Below, piece by piece: positions 38,377 to 49,026 of a stretch of 64,000 bases of DNA. Each line of letters starts with the position of its first letter. Position 1 is the stretch's first letter. The stretch is from a virus (Duplodnaviria > Caudoviricetes), in IMG/VR virus record IMGVR_UViG_2713897221_000004, positions 36,004 to 100,003 of that record. The stretch is one strand, 5' to 3'. The notes beneath the pieces were generated by a model. The model saw nothing but the letters and a program-made list of their open reading frames with translations, was not told the DNA's origin and did no database searches. A program made the translations under genes and the position numbers.

Positions 38377-40920
38377 TTAAACATGGGGTTCGTCGAACAG
38401 CTGCCCAGCAGCCTGCCGAGCAAGGTTTTCCCGCGACCAGGTATCCCAGCTATTGCGGATGAGCCCTTCGAGCGAGCGGAACAACTGTTGCGGATCCTTG
38501 GCATCACCTTGAACGGTGATCGGCATATTCGGCATGTAGGAGAACTGCTGATCGACTTTGGGCGGTTCAGACTTGGGCTTGGCCTGCTCGAGCGCCTGGG
38601 CGACTACCGGAGCTGTGGGTGCCGGCGCTGCAGCTGCAATCGAGCGAGCCACGTCACCAGGCGCCGCGCCCTTGTCCTTGTCGGCCTTCGCCAACTGCTC
38701 GTCCTCACCGAACAGCTTCTTGCCGAGCCAACCACCTATGCCCTCCCCGCCCATACCGCCGAAGGCCGCACCAATGGCACCACCGATGGCGGTACCAATG
38801 ATCGGTACGACCGAGCCAATCGCCGCTCCTACAGCACCGCCAGCCAGGGCACCGGCCAAACCGCCCGCCGCGGTGCCGTAGCCTTCGGCTTTCTCGTCCT
38901 GGGTTTTCGCGTTGAGGGCCGTGTCGACCAGGGTCATGCCGGCATCGAGCACCTTCCCGCCCGGCAGTTTGCCAACGAACTTGGAAGCCTTGCCGACGGT
39001 ACCCAGCATCCGCCCCATCCGTCCGACCTGCGTCGCGGCCGGAGCCATGCTCGCCGCAGCCGATACAGCCGCGCCGCCGGCGCGACCTCGTCGGTGCCGA
39101 CGGCGGCGCCTTCCGCCTGGCTCTGGGGCTCCTGCCGACGAGCCCAGCCCGCCGAGATCCCTGGCATTGACGACGAAGACTCGCTGCGGCTCATTGCTGA
39201 GCACGCCATCTGCATCGTTTGCAGCAGCGCCACCAAACACTTTGCCAAGCACGCCAAGGCCAGCATCCACCGCCTTGTTGCCGGTCTCAGGAACGCCACC
39301 ACCGCCAGCAGCACCGCGTCCCAAGCGATGGCCGCGCATGACGTTCCAGGCCCCGCGCCCGATCTTCGCCGTGCTGTACAGGGTGATCAGCGCACCGATA
39401 CCAGCAGTGATGCTGGCAATGCCCATCACTACGCCCGGCGCCTTGTCCGACAGCTCCGTCAGTTTGCGCGCCACAAAGGTGATGCCTTGCCCGACCTTGT
39501 CCGTCACCGGCCGGATGGCGTCACCGACACTGCGCATGCTGTCATCGATCGACTGCAGCGTTTCCTTCCAGATCTGTGACGACGTCTCGCGCCGCTCGGC
39601 CAGGTTCTTGTCGAGGATCCCCGTGGCCTTGGTCGAGTCGTTCTTGAGCTGGGTGTAGAGGTCGCGGTTCTGCGAATAGGCGGTGAGTGCCGCTTTCACT
39701 TGCATGTCCGCGAACAAGTCCCCGGTACGCAGGGACTTCTCCAGCGCATCCAGGGCCGCCCTGGCCTTCTCCGGATCAGCTTCCTTGCTGATTCCGGCCT
39801 GGGCATCCTTGATCTTTTTCGCCTTGGCCGGGTCCGTGGCTTCGACATACTTCATCGCCAGGGCCATCGACGACTCGATCGTCGACATGCCTTTCTGGAT
39901 ACCCGTATTCAGCGAGGCCTGGTAGTCGATGCCCACATCCTTGTAGGCCTTGACTACATCACCCGAGCCGATATTCTCGACCCAGTTCTTGAAGTTGTTC
40001 GCCGCTTCGTCCGAGCTGCCGGCAGTTTTCATCTGCACCTGCAGCATCGAGCCCAACGACGTGACGGCATCTAGGCCGGTGCTGCCGTTCTTCTCCATCG
40101 ATGCCAGCAACTGCGGAAACCAGCGGGCCATATCACTGGCCTCGAAGCTGCCCGCCTGGCCCTGGTACGCGATGGCCTCGAGCGCCTGCTGCATGACCTT
40201 CGGGTCGTTGATCTTCGCGTTCTGCTGCAGCGCCATGATCATCGATGCCGTATCCACGCCACTGGCGCCCTGCCCGACCGCGAACTTGGCTGCGGTAGGG
40301 GCATAGGCCAGCGCCTTGTCCAGCTCCATACCGGCACCGACGAGTTGGTTAACCAAGTCAGCAACGTCGTTGCGCGACATGCCCGTGTCCTTGGCCGTAT
40401 CGATGACCGTCCTGGTCAGCTGGGCCTCCTCGGGCTTGTTGGCCACGTCGGCCTTGATCGCAATGTCACGGATCACGGCCTGGTAATCCGCGCTGATCTT
40501 CGTCGGGACCGCGGCCATGCCAACGCCGACAACCGCGGCGCCGATGTTTGACTTCAGCGAAGACTTGCCCGCATCGATCTGCTGCCGTCCCTTCTGTTGC
40601 AGATCTGCTGCCTTCGCTTCGCGCCCGAGGCGCTGGTACTCCCGAGCCAGGCGCCCGACCTCGACGCCCTGTTTTTTCAAGACATCGAGATTGCCTTCCA
40701 GGCGGCGCAGCAAGCCAGATGCCGCTGCCGAGCCGCTGTCATGGGCCTTCTTCCATTCGTCCCTGAGCTTGATCGTTTCGCCGATGGTGTTCTTCAACAC
40801 CTTGGCGCGGCTACCCTTGTCCTCGAGCTTTTTGATATGCCCCTGGGCAGTGCCGAATGCCGCACCGAGCGATGCTGCAACGGCGCCGCCGATTTCCAGC
40901 GCTATCGCCAGCTTTGCCAT
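38377..40920 (-). CDS. Tape measure protein
   Basis: 847 aa, Ala/Gly-rich, after the chaperones. Confidence 0.9.
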   Translation of the reverse strand: MAKLAIALEIGGAVAASLGAAFGTAQGHIKKLEDKGSRAKVLKNTIGETIKLRDEWKKAHDSGSAAASGLLRRLEGNLDVLKKQGVEVGRLAREYQRLGREAKAADLQQKGRQQIDAGKSSLKSNIGAAVVGVGMAAVPTKISADYQAVIRDIAIKADVANKPEEAQLTRTVIDTAKDTGMSRNDVADLVNQLVGAGMELDKALAYAPTAAKFAVGQGASGVDTASMIMALQQNAKINDPKVMQQALEAIAYQGQAGSFEASDMARWFPQLLASMEKNGSTGLDAVTSLGSMLQVQMKTAGSSDEAANNFKNWVENIGSGDVVKAYKDVGIDYQASLNTGIQKGMSTIESSMALAMKYVEATDPAKAKKIKDAQAGISKEADPEKARAALDALEKSLRTGDLFADMQVKAALTAYSQNRDLYTQLKNDSTKATGILDKNLAERRETSSQIWKETLQSIDDSMRSVGDAIRPVTDKVGQGITFVARKLTELSDKAPGVVMGIASITAGIGALITLYSTAKIGRGAWNVMRGHRLGRGAAGGGGVPETGNKAVDAGLGVLGKVFGGAAANDADGVLSNEPQRVFVVNARDLGGLGSSAGAPEPGGRRRRRHRRGRAGGAAVSAAASMAPAATQVGRMGRMLGTVGKASKFVGKLPGGKVLDAGMTLVDTALNAKTQDEKAEGYGTAAGGLAGALAGGAVGAAIGSVVPIIGTAIGGAIGAAFGGMGGEGIGGWLGKKLFGEDEQLAKADKDKGAAPGDVARSIAAAAPAPTAPVVAQALEQAKPKSEPPKVDQQFSYMPNMPITVQGDAKDPQQLFRSLEGLIRNSWDTWSRENLARQAAGQLFDEPHV

Positions 40921-40939
40921 GCGCTACCCTCCTGCAGGC

Positions 40940-41051
40940 TCAATCCGTGAGCCACCAGACGATGTCCATCCAGGACATCACCGAGATCTCTGCTGCCGAA
41001 AAGCCCAGCTCAGCAGCCAGCCGTTTGGCCAGCTGTTTCTGGGTCTGCGGG
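40940..41051 (-). CDS. GpE'-like frameshift extension
   Basis: Start-less +1 frame DPQTQKQLAKRLAAELGFSAAEISVMSWMDIVWWLTD. Confidence 0.6.
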
Positions 41052-41348
41052 TCAAAGCTCGTCGTCTTGCACCAGGCGAAAATAGCCGGCCTGCAGGCGC
41101 GTGTAGTCCTTCAGGGCCAGACCCTCGAGGTCCTTCACGCTGACTTCGGCCAGCGAGGCGAACAGGTTCAGTTCGCGCTGCTCGTCATTGCCATCGGCGG
41201 TGAGCTGGGCGGCGCGGATATCTCGAACCGTCGGCGCTCGCAGGCTCAGTGTGTCGACCCGAACGCCGTTGCACTCGGTTGGCTTGCTCAGTTTGATCGT
41301 GACGCTGTCGAGGTCGACCTGCAGGAAAGCGGGAATTTTTTTGGTCAT
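41052..41348 (-). CDS. Tail assembly chaperone (GpE/gp41-like)
   Basis: LRAPTVRD...LALKDY; between tube and tape measure. Confidence 0.85.
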   Translation of the reverse strand: MTKKIPAFLQVDLDSVTIKLSKPTECNGVRVDTLSLRAPTVRDIRAAQLTADGNDEQRELNLFASLAEVSVKDLEGLALKDYTRLQAGYFRLVQDDEL

Positions 41349-41375
41349 GGTTGTGTTGTCCTTGTCAGTGAGGGT

Positions 41376-41885
41376 TTACAGGCCCAGGGCCTGGCGTTGC
41401 GCGGCGAGCTGGTCGACGCCGTTGATGATCCGTTTCATGCCCAGGGCGTCGATCTCATAGACCGTGCGTCCATCGACATCGAGCTTGTAGTAGGTCACTG
41501 CGACGTTGTGTTTGATCTCGGCCTTGTCGCCCGGCTTCCAGTCGCCCATATCGACCTCTTTCAACGCGCCGCGCAGGGTGACGATGACCGGGGTAATCTT
41601 GCCCTTGAGGCCCTTGTAGGCCCCGCGAAAAGTGCCGTTGAAGGCGGTGCCGTCAGCCAGGCCGAAGAGCTTCAACGACTCACGGCGCACGCCGGTGGTG
41701 GTGAAGCCGGCCTCTTGCTTTTCCATGCCCTGGTCCAGTTCCACCGGCATGTCCATGCCGCCAGCTCGATGTTCTTCCATCTTCAGGGTGAGCTTGGGCA
41801 GCGTCAGGCTGGGCACGTCGCCCTGGAAGCTGATGCCGTCGACGAACAGGTTCAGGTTGGCCAACGTTTCGGGAATCATTGCCAT
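41376..41885 (-). CDS. Tail tube protein
   Basis: LPKL...RAGGMD, FII-like. Confidence 0.9.
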   Translation of the reverse strand: MAMIPETLANLNLFVDGISFQGDVPSLTLPKLTLKMEEHRAGGMDMPVELDQGMEKQEAGFTTTGVRRESLKLFGLADGTAFNGTFRGAYKGLKGKITPVIVTLRGALKEVDMGDWKPGDKAEIKHNVAVTYYKLDVDGRTVYEIDALGMKRIINGVDQLAAQRQALGL

Positions 41886-41897
41886 GGGGTTCGCTCC

Positions 41898-43061
41898 TTA
41901 TGCGGCGGTGTCGAGGACTTCACGCAGCCACTGTTTGGTGACCTCGACGCGGAAGTTAGGGTTTTCGGCCGGCGGCACGTCGGTAAACCGGATGTTCCAG
42001 TACACCTTTCCTTGCTCCAGCTGGCTCTCGGTGTTCAGCTCCGGATCGGCGAACACCTCAAAGTTGATGATTGCGCCCTGAGCCTTCAGGTCGCGCATGA
42101 ACGCCCGCAGCCCCTCAGTCACGTCGCTGACATAGGTGGCGGTGATCGATCGGTCGACAGCCCATTTGTGGCCGTACAGGATCGCGTCCATGACGATGTC
42201 CATGGTTCGCACGCGGGTGACGAAGGCCCATTTCGGATCGCTCGACAGAGTGCGGTTGCCCCACAGGCGGTAGCCGTCGTCGCGAATGATGGTGGTCACG
42301 TTCGCGTTGTTGAGCAGGTTTGCCCGGCACGTCTCGTCACCATCGAGGAATTCGACCGGACGCGAGGTACCGGTGATGCCGACGAATTCTTTGTTCGATG
42401 GCGAAGCCCAGAAGCCGTACTCGCTGTCGGTCCACGCGAACAGGCCGGCGACATAGGCCGAGCTGGGCGCGTTCACCGTTGCGCTGGTTTCCGTATCCCA
42501 GTACTGCACACCGGGGTCGACCAGAAAGCCCCGTCTTGCACCAAACTCACCGGCATAAGCGATGGCCGCTTCGTCGGTGGTGTTCGGGCCGTCGAGGATG
42601 GCGAGGCCTCGCAGCTTGTCGGCCAATGCGACCAGTGCGGTGCCCACGGCTTGGGTCGCGCTGTGCTTCGGTGTCACCAGCAACCGCGGCTGGGCGTTGA
42701 ACCGGCTTTTACCGTCGAGCAGCGCCTGCAGGCCCGTGCGGCTGCCATCAGCCTTTACGCCACCGATGATCGCCGAGACTTGCTCTGCAGGATCGGCCAG
42801 TTTTTCCACACCGCAGGCTACGATGACGGCCTTCGCCCGGGTGTAAATCGCCTGGCAAGCCTTGGTGATCGCGGCATTCTGGCCGAACGCCGCGATCGCT
42901 TCGCGCTCACTGGTGATCATCACCAGGTCATTCGCTTTGGCCTTGGCGTCAGGGCCTGGGGTGAAGGTGTCGACCAGGCCAATGATCGATGACGAAGGCA
43001 GCGCGATGATGCGTGCTCCGGTGTCGACGTTCGTTACTGTAACGCCGTGAAAGAAGCCCAT
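41898..43061 (-). CDS. Tail sheath protein
   Basis: FHGV, WASPSN, WGNRT motifs. Confidence 0.93.
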   Translation of the reverse strand: MGFFHGVTVTNVDTGARIIALPSSSIIGLVDTFTPGPDAKAKANDLVMITSEREAIAAFGQNAAITKACQAIYTRAKAVIVACGVEKLADPAEQVSAIIGGVKADGSRTGLQALLDGKSRFNAQPRLLVTPKHSATQAVGTALVALADKLRGLAILDGPNTTDEAAIAYAGEFGARRGFLVDPGVQYWDTETSATVNAPSSAYVAGLFAWTDSEYGFWASPSNKEFVGITGTSRPVEFLDGDETCRANLLNNANVTTIIRDDGYRLWGNRTLSSDPKWAFVTRVRTMDIVMDAILYGHKWAVDRSITATYVSDVTEGLRAFMRDLKAQGAIINFEVFADPELNTESQLEQGKVYWNIRFTDVPPAENPNFRVEVTKQWLREVLDTAA

Positions 43062-43159
43062 AAGAGTCTCCAGATACGAAAAAGCCCCGCATGAGCGAGG
43101 CTTTGGTGGGTGATGATTTCAAATGGCGGAAATGAAAACGCCCCGTCAGTGCAGGGCGC

Positions 43160-43588
43160 TTATTCGAGTTCGGCAGCCAGCCAAGGCGGAGCTACTGGCC
43201 GATGCTCGGCCAGCGGAAACTCGCCATTTTCGGGCCAGTTGCGCAAGGCGCGACGGTAGGCTTGTAATTCGGCGTATTGCTCTGAAGTCAGCGTGGTCCC
43301 TCTGCCTTCCTCGACCTCGTCGCGATGACGCGAAACAACCCCATCGGTCTCTGCAAGCTGAGCATCCCTCCAATATCGCTCTGCCGCTGCGAAAAACTCC
43401 GGCGGCGGGGGCGGCGGATCAATCAGCATTGGATATCCGTTTTCGTCTGCTGAAATTTGCTTACCCTCGTCCTGCCCATTGAGTAAGTTCTTATAGTGTT
43501 CTTCTGTTATTTCAACAGCGTCAGCCGGTATATCATTGCCGTGAATTTCACGATCATAGAAACCTTTGTTAACTTTTGAATAAAGCAT
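43160..43588 (-). CDS. Tail fibre assembly protein
   Basis: IPADAVEIT, YRRALRNWP. Confidence 0.8.
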   Translation of the reverse strand: MLYSKVNKGFYDREIHGNDIPADAVEITEEHYKNLLNGQDEGKQISADENGYPMLIDPPPPPPEFFAAAERYWRDAQLAETDGVVSRHRDEVEEGRGTTLTSEQYAELQAYRRALRNWPENGEFPLAEHRPVAPPWLAAELE

Positions 43589-43598
43589 GTCCAGCCCC

Positions 43599-45191
43599 TT
43601 AGTATCCGACAGCAATATAGCTGGCATTTTCTACCGCATAGCCACCGACCATCGTAGACGACCCTGGAAAGTTAGCGTTGTATGTTCTGTTTGCTAGAAA
43701 GCCATTTTTAGTACGGCTTGTTACAGAAAACACATATGGGACATTTGGCATTGCAGGATCATGAATAGACCCTGAAACATGAAGGCATGCATTCGGGAAG
43801 GAAAGCGGAAATGTAATCGCCACCTGATTAGATGCCCCACTAACCACCCCGCACTGGATAATCCACCCACTCGGCAGCCTCTGGCATCCATTCCCGCCTG
43901 CGATTGTTGCCCTGAACTGATTAGCACGAAACGCGTATGCACCGCTCAGAATCCAGGCGACACCACTCCAGATCGCAACAACATCTTCCCCGCCCTGAAG
44001 ATTGAAAGATGCAACCAGCCCCCCCGCCTGAGAATCAATTTTAGCAGTTCCATCATCCGAGGATATTACTGCTAGAACATCAGGACTCACATAAGAGCGA
44101 ACAAATTTTACTGTAGCGCCAATAGGTAGCGCCACAGTAGGCGGCAACTTAGCTGTTTGAGATGAGTTGCCATTAAATGAAATTATCGAACCAACATCCA
44201 ATGCAGCTAGCACAAGTTGCAGAGCGCCATTGTAATGGCGCGTTCGAGGACCAAATTTCAGGCCCACGCCATTTACATACTCCGTTGTTGCTAACAATGG
44301 GCTACTGTCGAACTGCGCCGGCGTATTGGCTGTCGGGTTGATCAGCGCCGGCGAGTTGATCGGTGCAAAGCCTTGAGTGATGTTCTGAAACACCAGGGCC
44401 GTCGAGCCGAGGACGATCGCCCCGTCTGTCACCAGCTGCCAGCGCGTGTCGGCCAGGGTCGTACCCTGCTCGACAGATACAATCAGGGCCGAAGTAACCT
44501 CGGAGCTGGCGTCAGCATCCGGCGCCCGAGCCCAGGCCCCCGCCGCCGCAACATACAGTCCGTTATCCTTGGCCACGGTCTGGCTCTTCACCAGTACCCG
44601 GTCGCCCGCCACCAGGGCGATGCCGTCGATGGTCTGAAGCCCAGCCAACGCGATATTGACCGTGGTGGCCACCCGTACCGACTGCTTGCTGTCAAGCTTG
44701 TACAGCTCTTCCAGGATCCGCTGATCGACATACTCGCGAGTCGCCAGTACCACCGCCGGGTCAATCTTCAACGTGATATTGCCAGTGCTGGAAACGATGA
44801 AGTTCATTCGCACAACTTGAGTGCGGCCAGAACCCTGCGACAACACTGGCTTGAAGCTCGGCGCACAGTTGGCCACCGCTACCAGATCCCCGTCAGCGTC
44901 ATACAGACCGATTTCGCGAATCCAGTGCCCGCCTTCGTCCGCCGGGATAATCTGCTCGGCGATGATCACTGCCGGGTTGACCGGGTCAACCCTGAGCTGA
45001 TTCAGCGGTCGCCGGCGCCATTCGTTAATCAGCCGTGTTTGCGCTGCATTGGGGATTGGGTCGGTATCGTTGGCATCCCCAACCCCCATATCTGTGATTT
45101 TCCAGGGAATGCCGAGCGCGTCGGCGTTCGCCTGTTTGGCCATGCCTACGTTCGTGAGGATGGCGAAAAACTGCGAATTCGCGTCAATCAT
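43599..45191 (-). CDS. Tail fibre protein
   Basis: P2 gpH-like N-terminus (IREIGL, ATREYV); LPSGWIIQCG gp53-like C-terminus. Confidence 0.9.
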   Translation of the reverse strand: MIDANSQFFAILTNVGMAKQANADALGIPWKITDMGVGDANDTDPIPNAAQTRLINEWRRRPLNQLRVDPVNPAVIIAEQIIPADEGGHWIREIGLYDADGDLVAVANCAPSFKPVLSQGSGRTQVVRMNFIVSSTGNITLKIDPAVVLATREYVDQRILEELYKLDSKQSVRVATTVNIALAGLQTIDGIALVAGDRVLVKSQTVAKDNGLYVAAAGAWARAPDADASSEVTSALIVSVEQGTTLADTRWQLVTDGAIVLGSTALVFQNITQGFAPINSPALINPTANTPAQFDSSPLLATTEYVNGVGLKFGPRTRHYNGALQLVLAALDVGSIISFNGNSSQTAKLPPTVALPIGATVKFVRSYVSPDVLAVISSDDGTAKIDSQAGGLVASFNLQGGEDVVAIWSGVAWILSGAYAFRANQFRATIAGGNGCQRLPSGWIIQCGVVSGASNQVAITFPLSFPNACLHVSGSIHDPAMPNVPYVFSVTSRTKNGFLANRTYNANFPGSSTMVGGYAVENASYIAVGY

Positions 45192-45801
45192 AATAAACGT
45201 CCAGGGTATCTATGGAGTGTTCGCGACCGACCACGCCGAAAGAGCCGGTGACTTCAATGTCACGCATGACAGGCGGGTAAACGTCGATTTCATCGCCTTC
45301 GTACACGGCGACACTGATGTTCAAAGCCCCTTGGGTTTCGAGGCTGATTGCGAGGCCGGTTAGGTGCCTGCTGACGGGCTTGGCGTCGTCTATCAGGCGC
45401 TCCAGCTCCTGATACATTTCTTCGGTGATTCCGGTCTCAAGCACACCGACCTTGAGCGCAAAGGTTCCAGGCACGCCTTCGGGCACGGTGTTGAACCACT
45501 CGATGATCTCGATCAGATAACCCAGCGGCTCGACCACACGCCGCAGAGCCCCGATGGTGCCCTTGTGCGCATGGATGTAATACGAGGCCTTGATCGCCGC
45601 CCGCTTGACCGGCTCGGTCCAGCTCGGGTCCCACCTGTCAACCGACCAGGCCCAGGCCAGGTACGGCAGCAGATGAACCGGACAGGTGTCGGGGTTGCAC
45701 AGCGTCCGAAGCGGGATCTCGGTCACTTCTTCCGTTGCGGCTTCAACACCCCGTTCCAACAGGGTGCTGTTCAATGGCAGCAGGCTTTTCATGTCAGCCA
45801 C
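45184..45801 (-). CDS. Tail protein I
   Basis: LLPYLAWAWSVDRW, HKGT. Confidence 0.9.
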   Translation of the reverse strand: MADMKSLLPLNSTLLERGVEAATEEVTEIPLRTLCNPDTCPVHLLPYLAWAWSVDRWDPSWTEPVKRAAIKASYYIHAHKGTIGALRRVVEPLGYLIEIIEWFNTVPEGVPGTFALKVGVLETGITEEMYQELERLIDDAKPVSRHLTGLAISLETQGALNISVAVYEGDEIDVYPPVMRDIEVTGSFGVVGREHSIDTLDVYYD

Positions 45802-46675
45802 CTCGCGTCACGCTGATGTCCTCACACCAGGCCGCCTGCGCTTTGGTGGGACGGATATCTGACCACCCCACCAGCTCCACCCGGCTGACACCAGCAATGT
45901 GCAGCTGCGCATCCACCCCTGACCGCGCTACTTCCAATCCCAAGCGGCGCCTGGGGTTCACCCATGCCCGCAAGCGCTGCTCGCATTCAGCGAGGATCGC
46001 TTCGTTCTCCGGCCCTGTGCCTGACATGTAAACAAGGGCCTCGACCCGATAAGTCAGGATCTGTGCAGATTGGACGGTGAGCCGATCGGCAACAGGGCGC
46101 ACATCGTCGTCACTCAGATGCAGACGCACAGTCTCCAGCAGTTCAGGCGGAGCTAACCCTGTACCCTCCAAGTCCAGCACTGTCACGATCACTTCGGCCG
46201 GGGCCGGGCTCTCTGCTGTGGCGTCTGCCACACGCCCCGAAGCATTGCGCGCATGCAGGATGTAGCTGTTTCGCGGACCGGCGGTGGTGAGTCCCTCATA
46301 CACCAGTTGCACTCGCTCCCGCAGTGCATCGTCGGCCTCGAGAACCCGTTCCACCGGGGGCACCGCGTTCAAGTCCTCAGCCTGCACCACCAGCCGCTGC
46401 AGGTTCACATTGGCGGCCAACTGGTCGAGGTCGGCCTTCGTTGCATAGGCCAGTAGCAGAGACTTCGCAGCATCGTTGACCCGCGCACGGTTCTGCATCC
46501 GGCGGAACGCGCCTAGCTCGAGGAGCTTGGTGACAGGGTCACTCTCGAGCAGCGCATCCCACTTATCGCCCATGTACTCGCGGAAGCGCTGCAGCTCTTC
46601 GCCGTAAATTTCCTCGAAGTCCAGGCTCTCCAACACCTGCGGCGCCGGGAGCTGCGATAGGTCCACTGCGCTCAT
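45794..46675 (-). CDS. Baseplate J
   Basis: DLSQLPAP, TAGP, VRPVADR. Confidence 0.9.
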   Translation of the reverse strand: MSAVDLSQLPAPQVLESLDFEEIYGEELQRFREYMGDKWDALLESDPVTKLLELGAFRRMQNRARVNDAAKSLLLAYATKADLDQLAANVNLQRLVVQAEDLNAVPPVERVLEADDALRERVQLVYEGLTTAGPRNSYILHARNASGRVADATAESPAPAEVIVTVLDLEGTGLAPPELLETVRLHLSDDDVRPVADRLTVQSAQILTYRVEALVYMSGTGPENEAILAECEQRLRAWVNPRRRLGLEVARSGVDAQLHIAGVSRVELVGWSDIRPTKAQAAWCEDISVTRGG

Positions 46676-46998
46676 ACACTCACCTCCATCACTGCGCTGT
46701 CACCCAGGTACTCGCCGGTCAGTTGCAAGCTGATCTGCCCATCGACAACGGCCACAACGCGCACGCGCTCCAGCCGTAGCCGCGGCTCCCAACGGCCCAG
46801 GGCACGGGCGACCTCGGCCTGTACCGCGCTCTTCCAACCCTCATTCACCGGCAAGTCCACGTAGCGGCGTAACTGGCACCCATACTCCGGACGCATCCGC
46901 CGGCTGCCGACGGTGGTACCGAGAATGTCCTCAATGGACTGCCGCAGGTGCGCCAGGCCGGAGACCGGCTGCCCCGTTCGACGATCCATACCGATCAC
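46672..46998 (-). CDS. Baseplate W/gp25
   Basis: GSRRMRPEYG, WEPRL. Confidence 0.9.
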   Translation of the reverse strand: MIGMDRRTGQPVSGLAHLRQSIEDILGTTVGSRRMRPEYGCQLRRYVDLPVNEGWKSAVQAEVARALGRWEPRLRLERVRVVAVVDGQISLQLTGEYLGDSAVMEVSV

Positions 46999-47000
46999 AG

Positions 47001-47216
47001 TCAGGCCTCCTTGAAGTCGGGCCGGTTGCGCATGTAGGCCAGGCCAGGGGCATCATCGCCCGCGAGGGTGACCTGCCCCTGTACAACCTCGAGCACCAGC
47101 CAATCGGGCAGGACCAGCGTGCGCCGAGAGTACTCCTGGTCGATGAAGGTGACTGCCTTGCTGGATTGCGGTAAGGGCTCGACAACCTCACCGGCTTCTT
47201 TTTGTGTCTTGGCCAT
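47001..47216 (-). CDS. Hypothetical tail-region protein
   Basis: GGAGG RBS. Confidence 0.55.
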   Translation of the reverse strand: MAKTQKEAGEVVEPLPQSSKAVTFIDQEYSRRTLVLPDWLVLEVVQGQVTLAGDDAPGLAYMRNRPDFKEA

Positions 47217-47259
47217 GGAACCTCCAGGCATAAAAAAGCCCGCGCTGGGCGGGCTCTGG

Positions 47260-47841
47260 TCAGTGTTTGTGATTTGCCGTGTTGCCGGCGGTGTCGATGA
47301 TCCGGCCACCTCCGTTGATGTCGCCCGTCACCGTGAGCGGACCGTTGATCGTCACTTGGCCGGTCAATGTGATTGTGTCGGCCTGCGCGCTGATGCTGCT
47401 GGACTTGGCCGTGATGGCAGCGTCCGTCAGTACCGCCTGCGAGGCGCCCACCTGAACGGTCACCGTGCCGCTGGGCAACTGAATGGTGTAGCTCTTGGCC
47501 TTCCAGTCGTAGATCAGCGAGCCGCCATCGTCGAAGCGCCAGGTCTCGACGTGGTCGCGGTTGTCCGGCTGGGCACCGGCGTTGCCGTACAGCCCCGGCA
47601 CGAAGGTGCCCTGAGCGGGATCGCCGCTCGGGCTGATCAGGGCACCCTGCTCGTCCAGGCTCGGTGCCCGCCAGTGACGTGCCTTACCCGCTGCCTGGCT
47701 GTGCCAACGCACCCAGGCGCTGGTCCAGTCGCCGCCGTCCGAGACTCGGACCATGGCGGCGGCGAGGTCGACCGCGACCACCCGACAAGGGATTACCAGG
47801 CTGGCCAGCATGCGGTCGTGCATTGCAGATGCGTAGCTCAC
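47260..47841 (-). CDS. Baseplate spike V
   Basis: WRAPSLDEQ; C-terminal HKH. Confidence 0.88.
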   Translation of the reverse strand: MSYASAMHDRMLASLVIPCRVVAVDLAAAMVRVSDGGDWTSAWVRWHSQAAGKARHWRAPSLDEQGALISPSGDPAQGTFVPGLYGNAGAQPDNRDHVETWRFDDGGSLIYDWKAKSYTIQLPSGTVTVQVGASQAVLTDAAITAKSSSISAQADTITLTGQVTINGPLTVTGDINGGGRIIDTAGNTANHKH

Positions 47842-48371
47842 TCCATGGCCTCCGGTGGCAAGTAATTGCTTTCACTACCCGGACCGGTGTCGGGGGAAAA
47901 GCCCCAGACAAGCGAGCCCGGTGGTTGATTGGGCCATGGCCACTCTTCCGTACCGAGGTAGATGACCTGGGTCCACTCGACCACCCACGCAGCCAGACCA
48001 TCCAGTTCTGGCCTGCTCCAGTCGGGCTCAGCGCGCACCAGCTGGGCCGGCTCAACCGGGATGCCCCAGGTCTGCATACGCAACAGCACCGCCAGCTGAG
48101 CAGCGATAAACGCCACGACATGCAGATGATCGTCATGCTCGGCACCGACAATCGCCCGTGCCTCGAAACGCGCCTCGATCGCCACTTCGCCCGTGCCTGG
48201 GTCATGGTCAGCGGGCTCGAACCCGGAAAGCTCCAGAACAATCCCAGGGACGGCGATGCTTTGAAGCATCCCTGGCATCGTGCCCACGTAATGCAGGCCA
48301 GGAATGGCCTGAGCTATGGCCTCCTCCATCGCGGCGTACACCCTCGCCAGAGGGATCGGATCATCAGCCAT
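47838..48371 (-). CDS. Tail terminator-like protein
   Basis: Position, coupled ORF. Confidence 0.55.
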   Translation of the reverse strand: MADDPIPLARVYAAMEEAIAQAIPGLHYVGTMPGMLQSIAVPGIVLELSGFEPADHDPGTGEVAIEARFEARAIVGAEHDDHLHVVAFIAAQLAVLLRMQTWGIPVEPAQLVRAEPDWSRPELDGLAAWVVEWTQVIYLGTEEWPWPNQPPGSLVWGFSPDTGPGSESNYLPPEAME

Positions 48372-49026
48372 TACCAGTTCTCCGTGAGAGTTTGTGCATC
48401 TCGAAATTCAGCTCCTGCTCCATCACCACCAGCAACCGCTGGTGCGCCTTGTTCGTCCATGACTCGAAGTGAGGCCTCACCTCCTCGAGCGAGATCTTGG
48501 CCTTGGCCAGCGGGAAACGACTGTCGTTCTCGGCGATCCAGCCCGAGCTGGCACCACCCGCTTTCGAAACCTCGCTCTCGGGATAGTCACTGGCTCTGAA
48601 GTGCTTGCTGGCCGTGCGGATCCAGATATCCGGCGTGCCGCCGTAGACCTGCCGATAGAACGCGCCCTGGTATCGACGCCCCGCCACCGAGACACCGGCG
48701 CGGGTCTGCCTGGCCCGGCCAACACGGCTGGCCTCGATCGGGTTGAGGCCGAACCACAGTCTGCCCTGTCCATTGCTGCCCACCGTGTAGGCCCGCAGGC
48801 GCTGCCGCACCGCCGCGATGGCAATGCGCTCCTGCTGACCTACTGAGCGGGCCACGTGGGTGCGCAGCCAACGCAACGTCTTGTTGATGGCCCGCCGCTG
48901 GGCGGCGTTGATCGCCTTGGGTACCAGGCTGGCGAACTGTTCAAATTCCCTTACCTGCCGGGGATTGGCCTGAAGCGTGATCAGGCCCTCGCGCGAGGAC
49001 TGCTTGTGATAGCTGCCGACGTTCAT
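48364..49026 (-). CDS. Minor tail protein Z-like
   Basis: RAINKT motif, basic. Confidence 0.7.
   Translation of the reverse strand: MNVGSYHKQSSREGLITLQANPRQVREFEQFASLVPKAINAAQRRAINKTLRWLRTHVARSVGQQERIAIAAVRQRLRAYTVGSNGQGRLWFGLNPIEASRVGRARQTRAGVSVAGRRYQGAFYRQVYGGTPDIWIRTASKHFRASDYPESEVSKAGGASSGWIAENDSRFPLAKAKISLEEVRPHFESWTNKAHQRLLVVMEQELNFEMHKLSRRTGNG

Noticed and set aside
37681-42992. Long plus-strand ORFs (632 and 711 aa) and similar antisense ORFs
   Set aside because: Shadow frames of GC-rich tail genes with no recognisable motifs.
43599-45191. Prophage 2 tail fibre as a DGR target
   Set aside because: No TR-like sequence seen at its 3' end or elsewhere in prophage 2 by eye.
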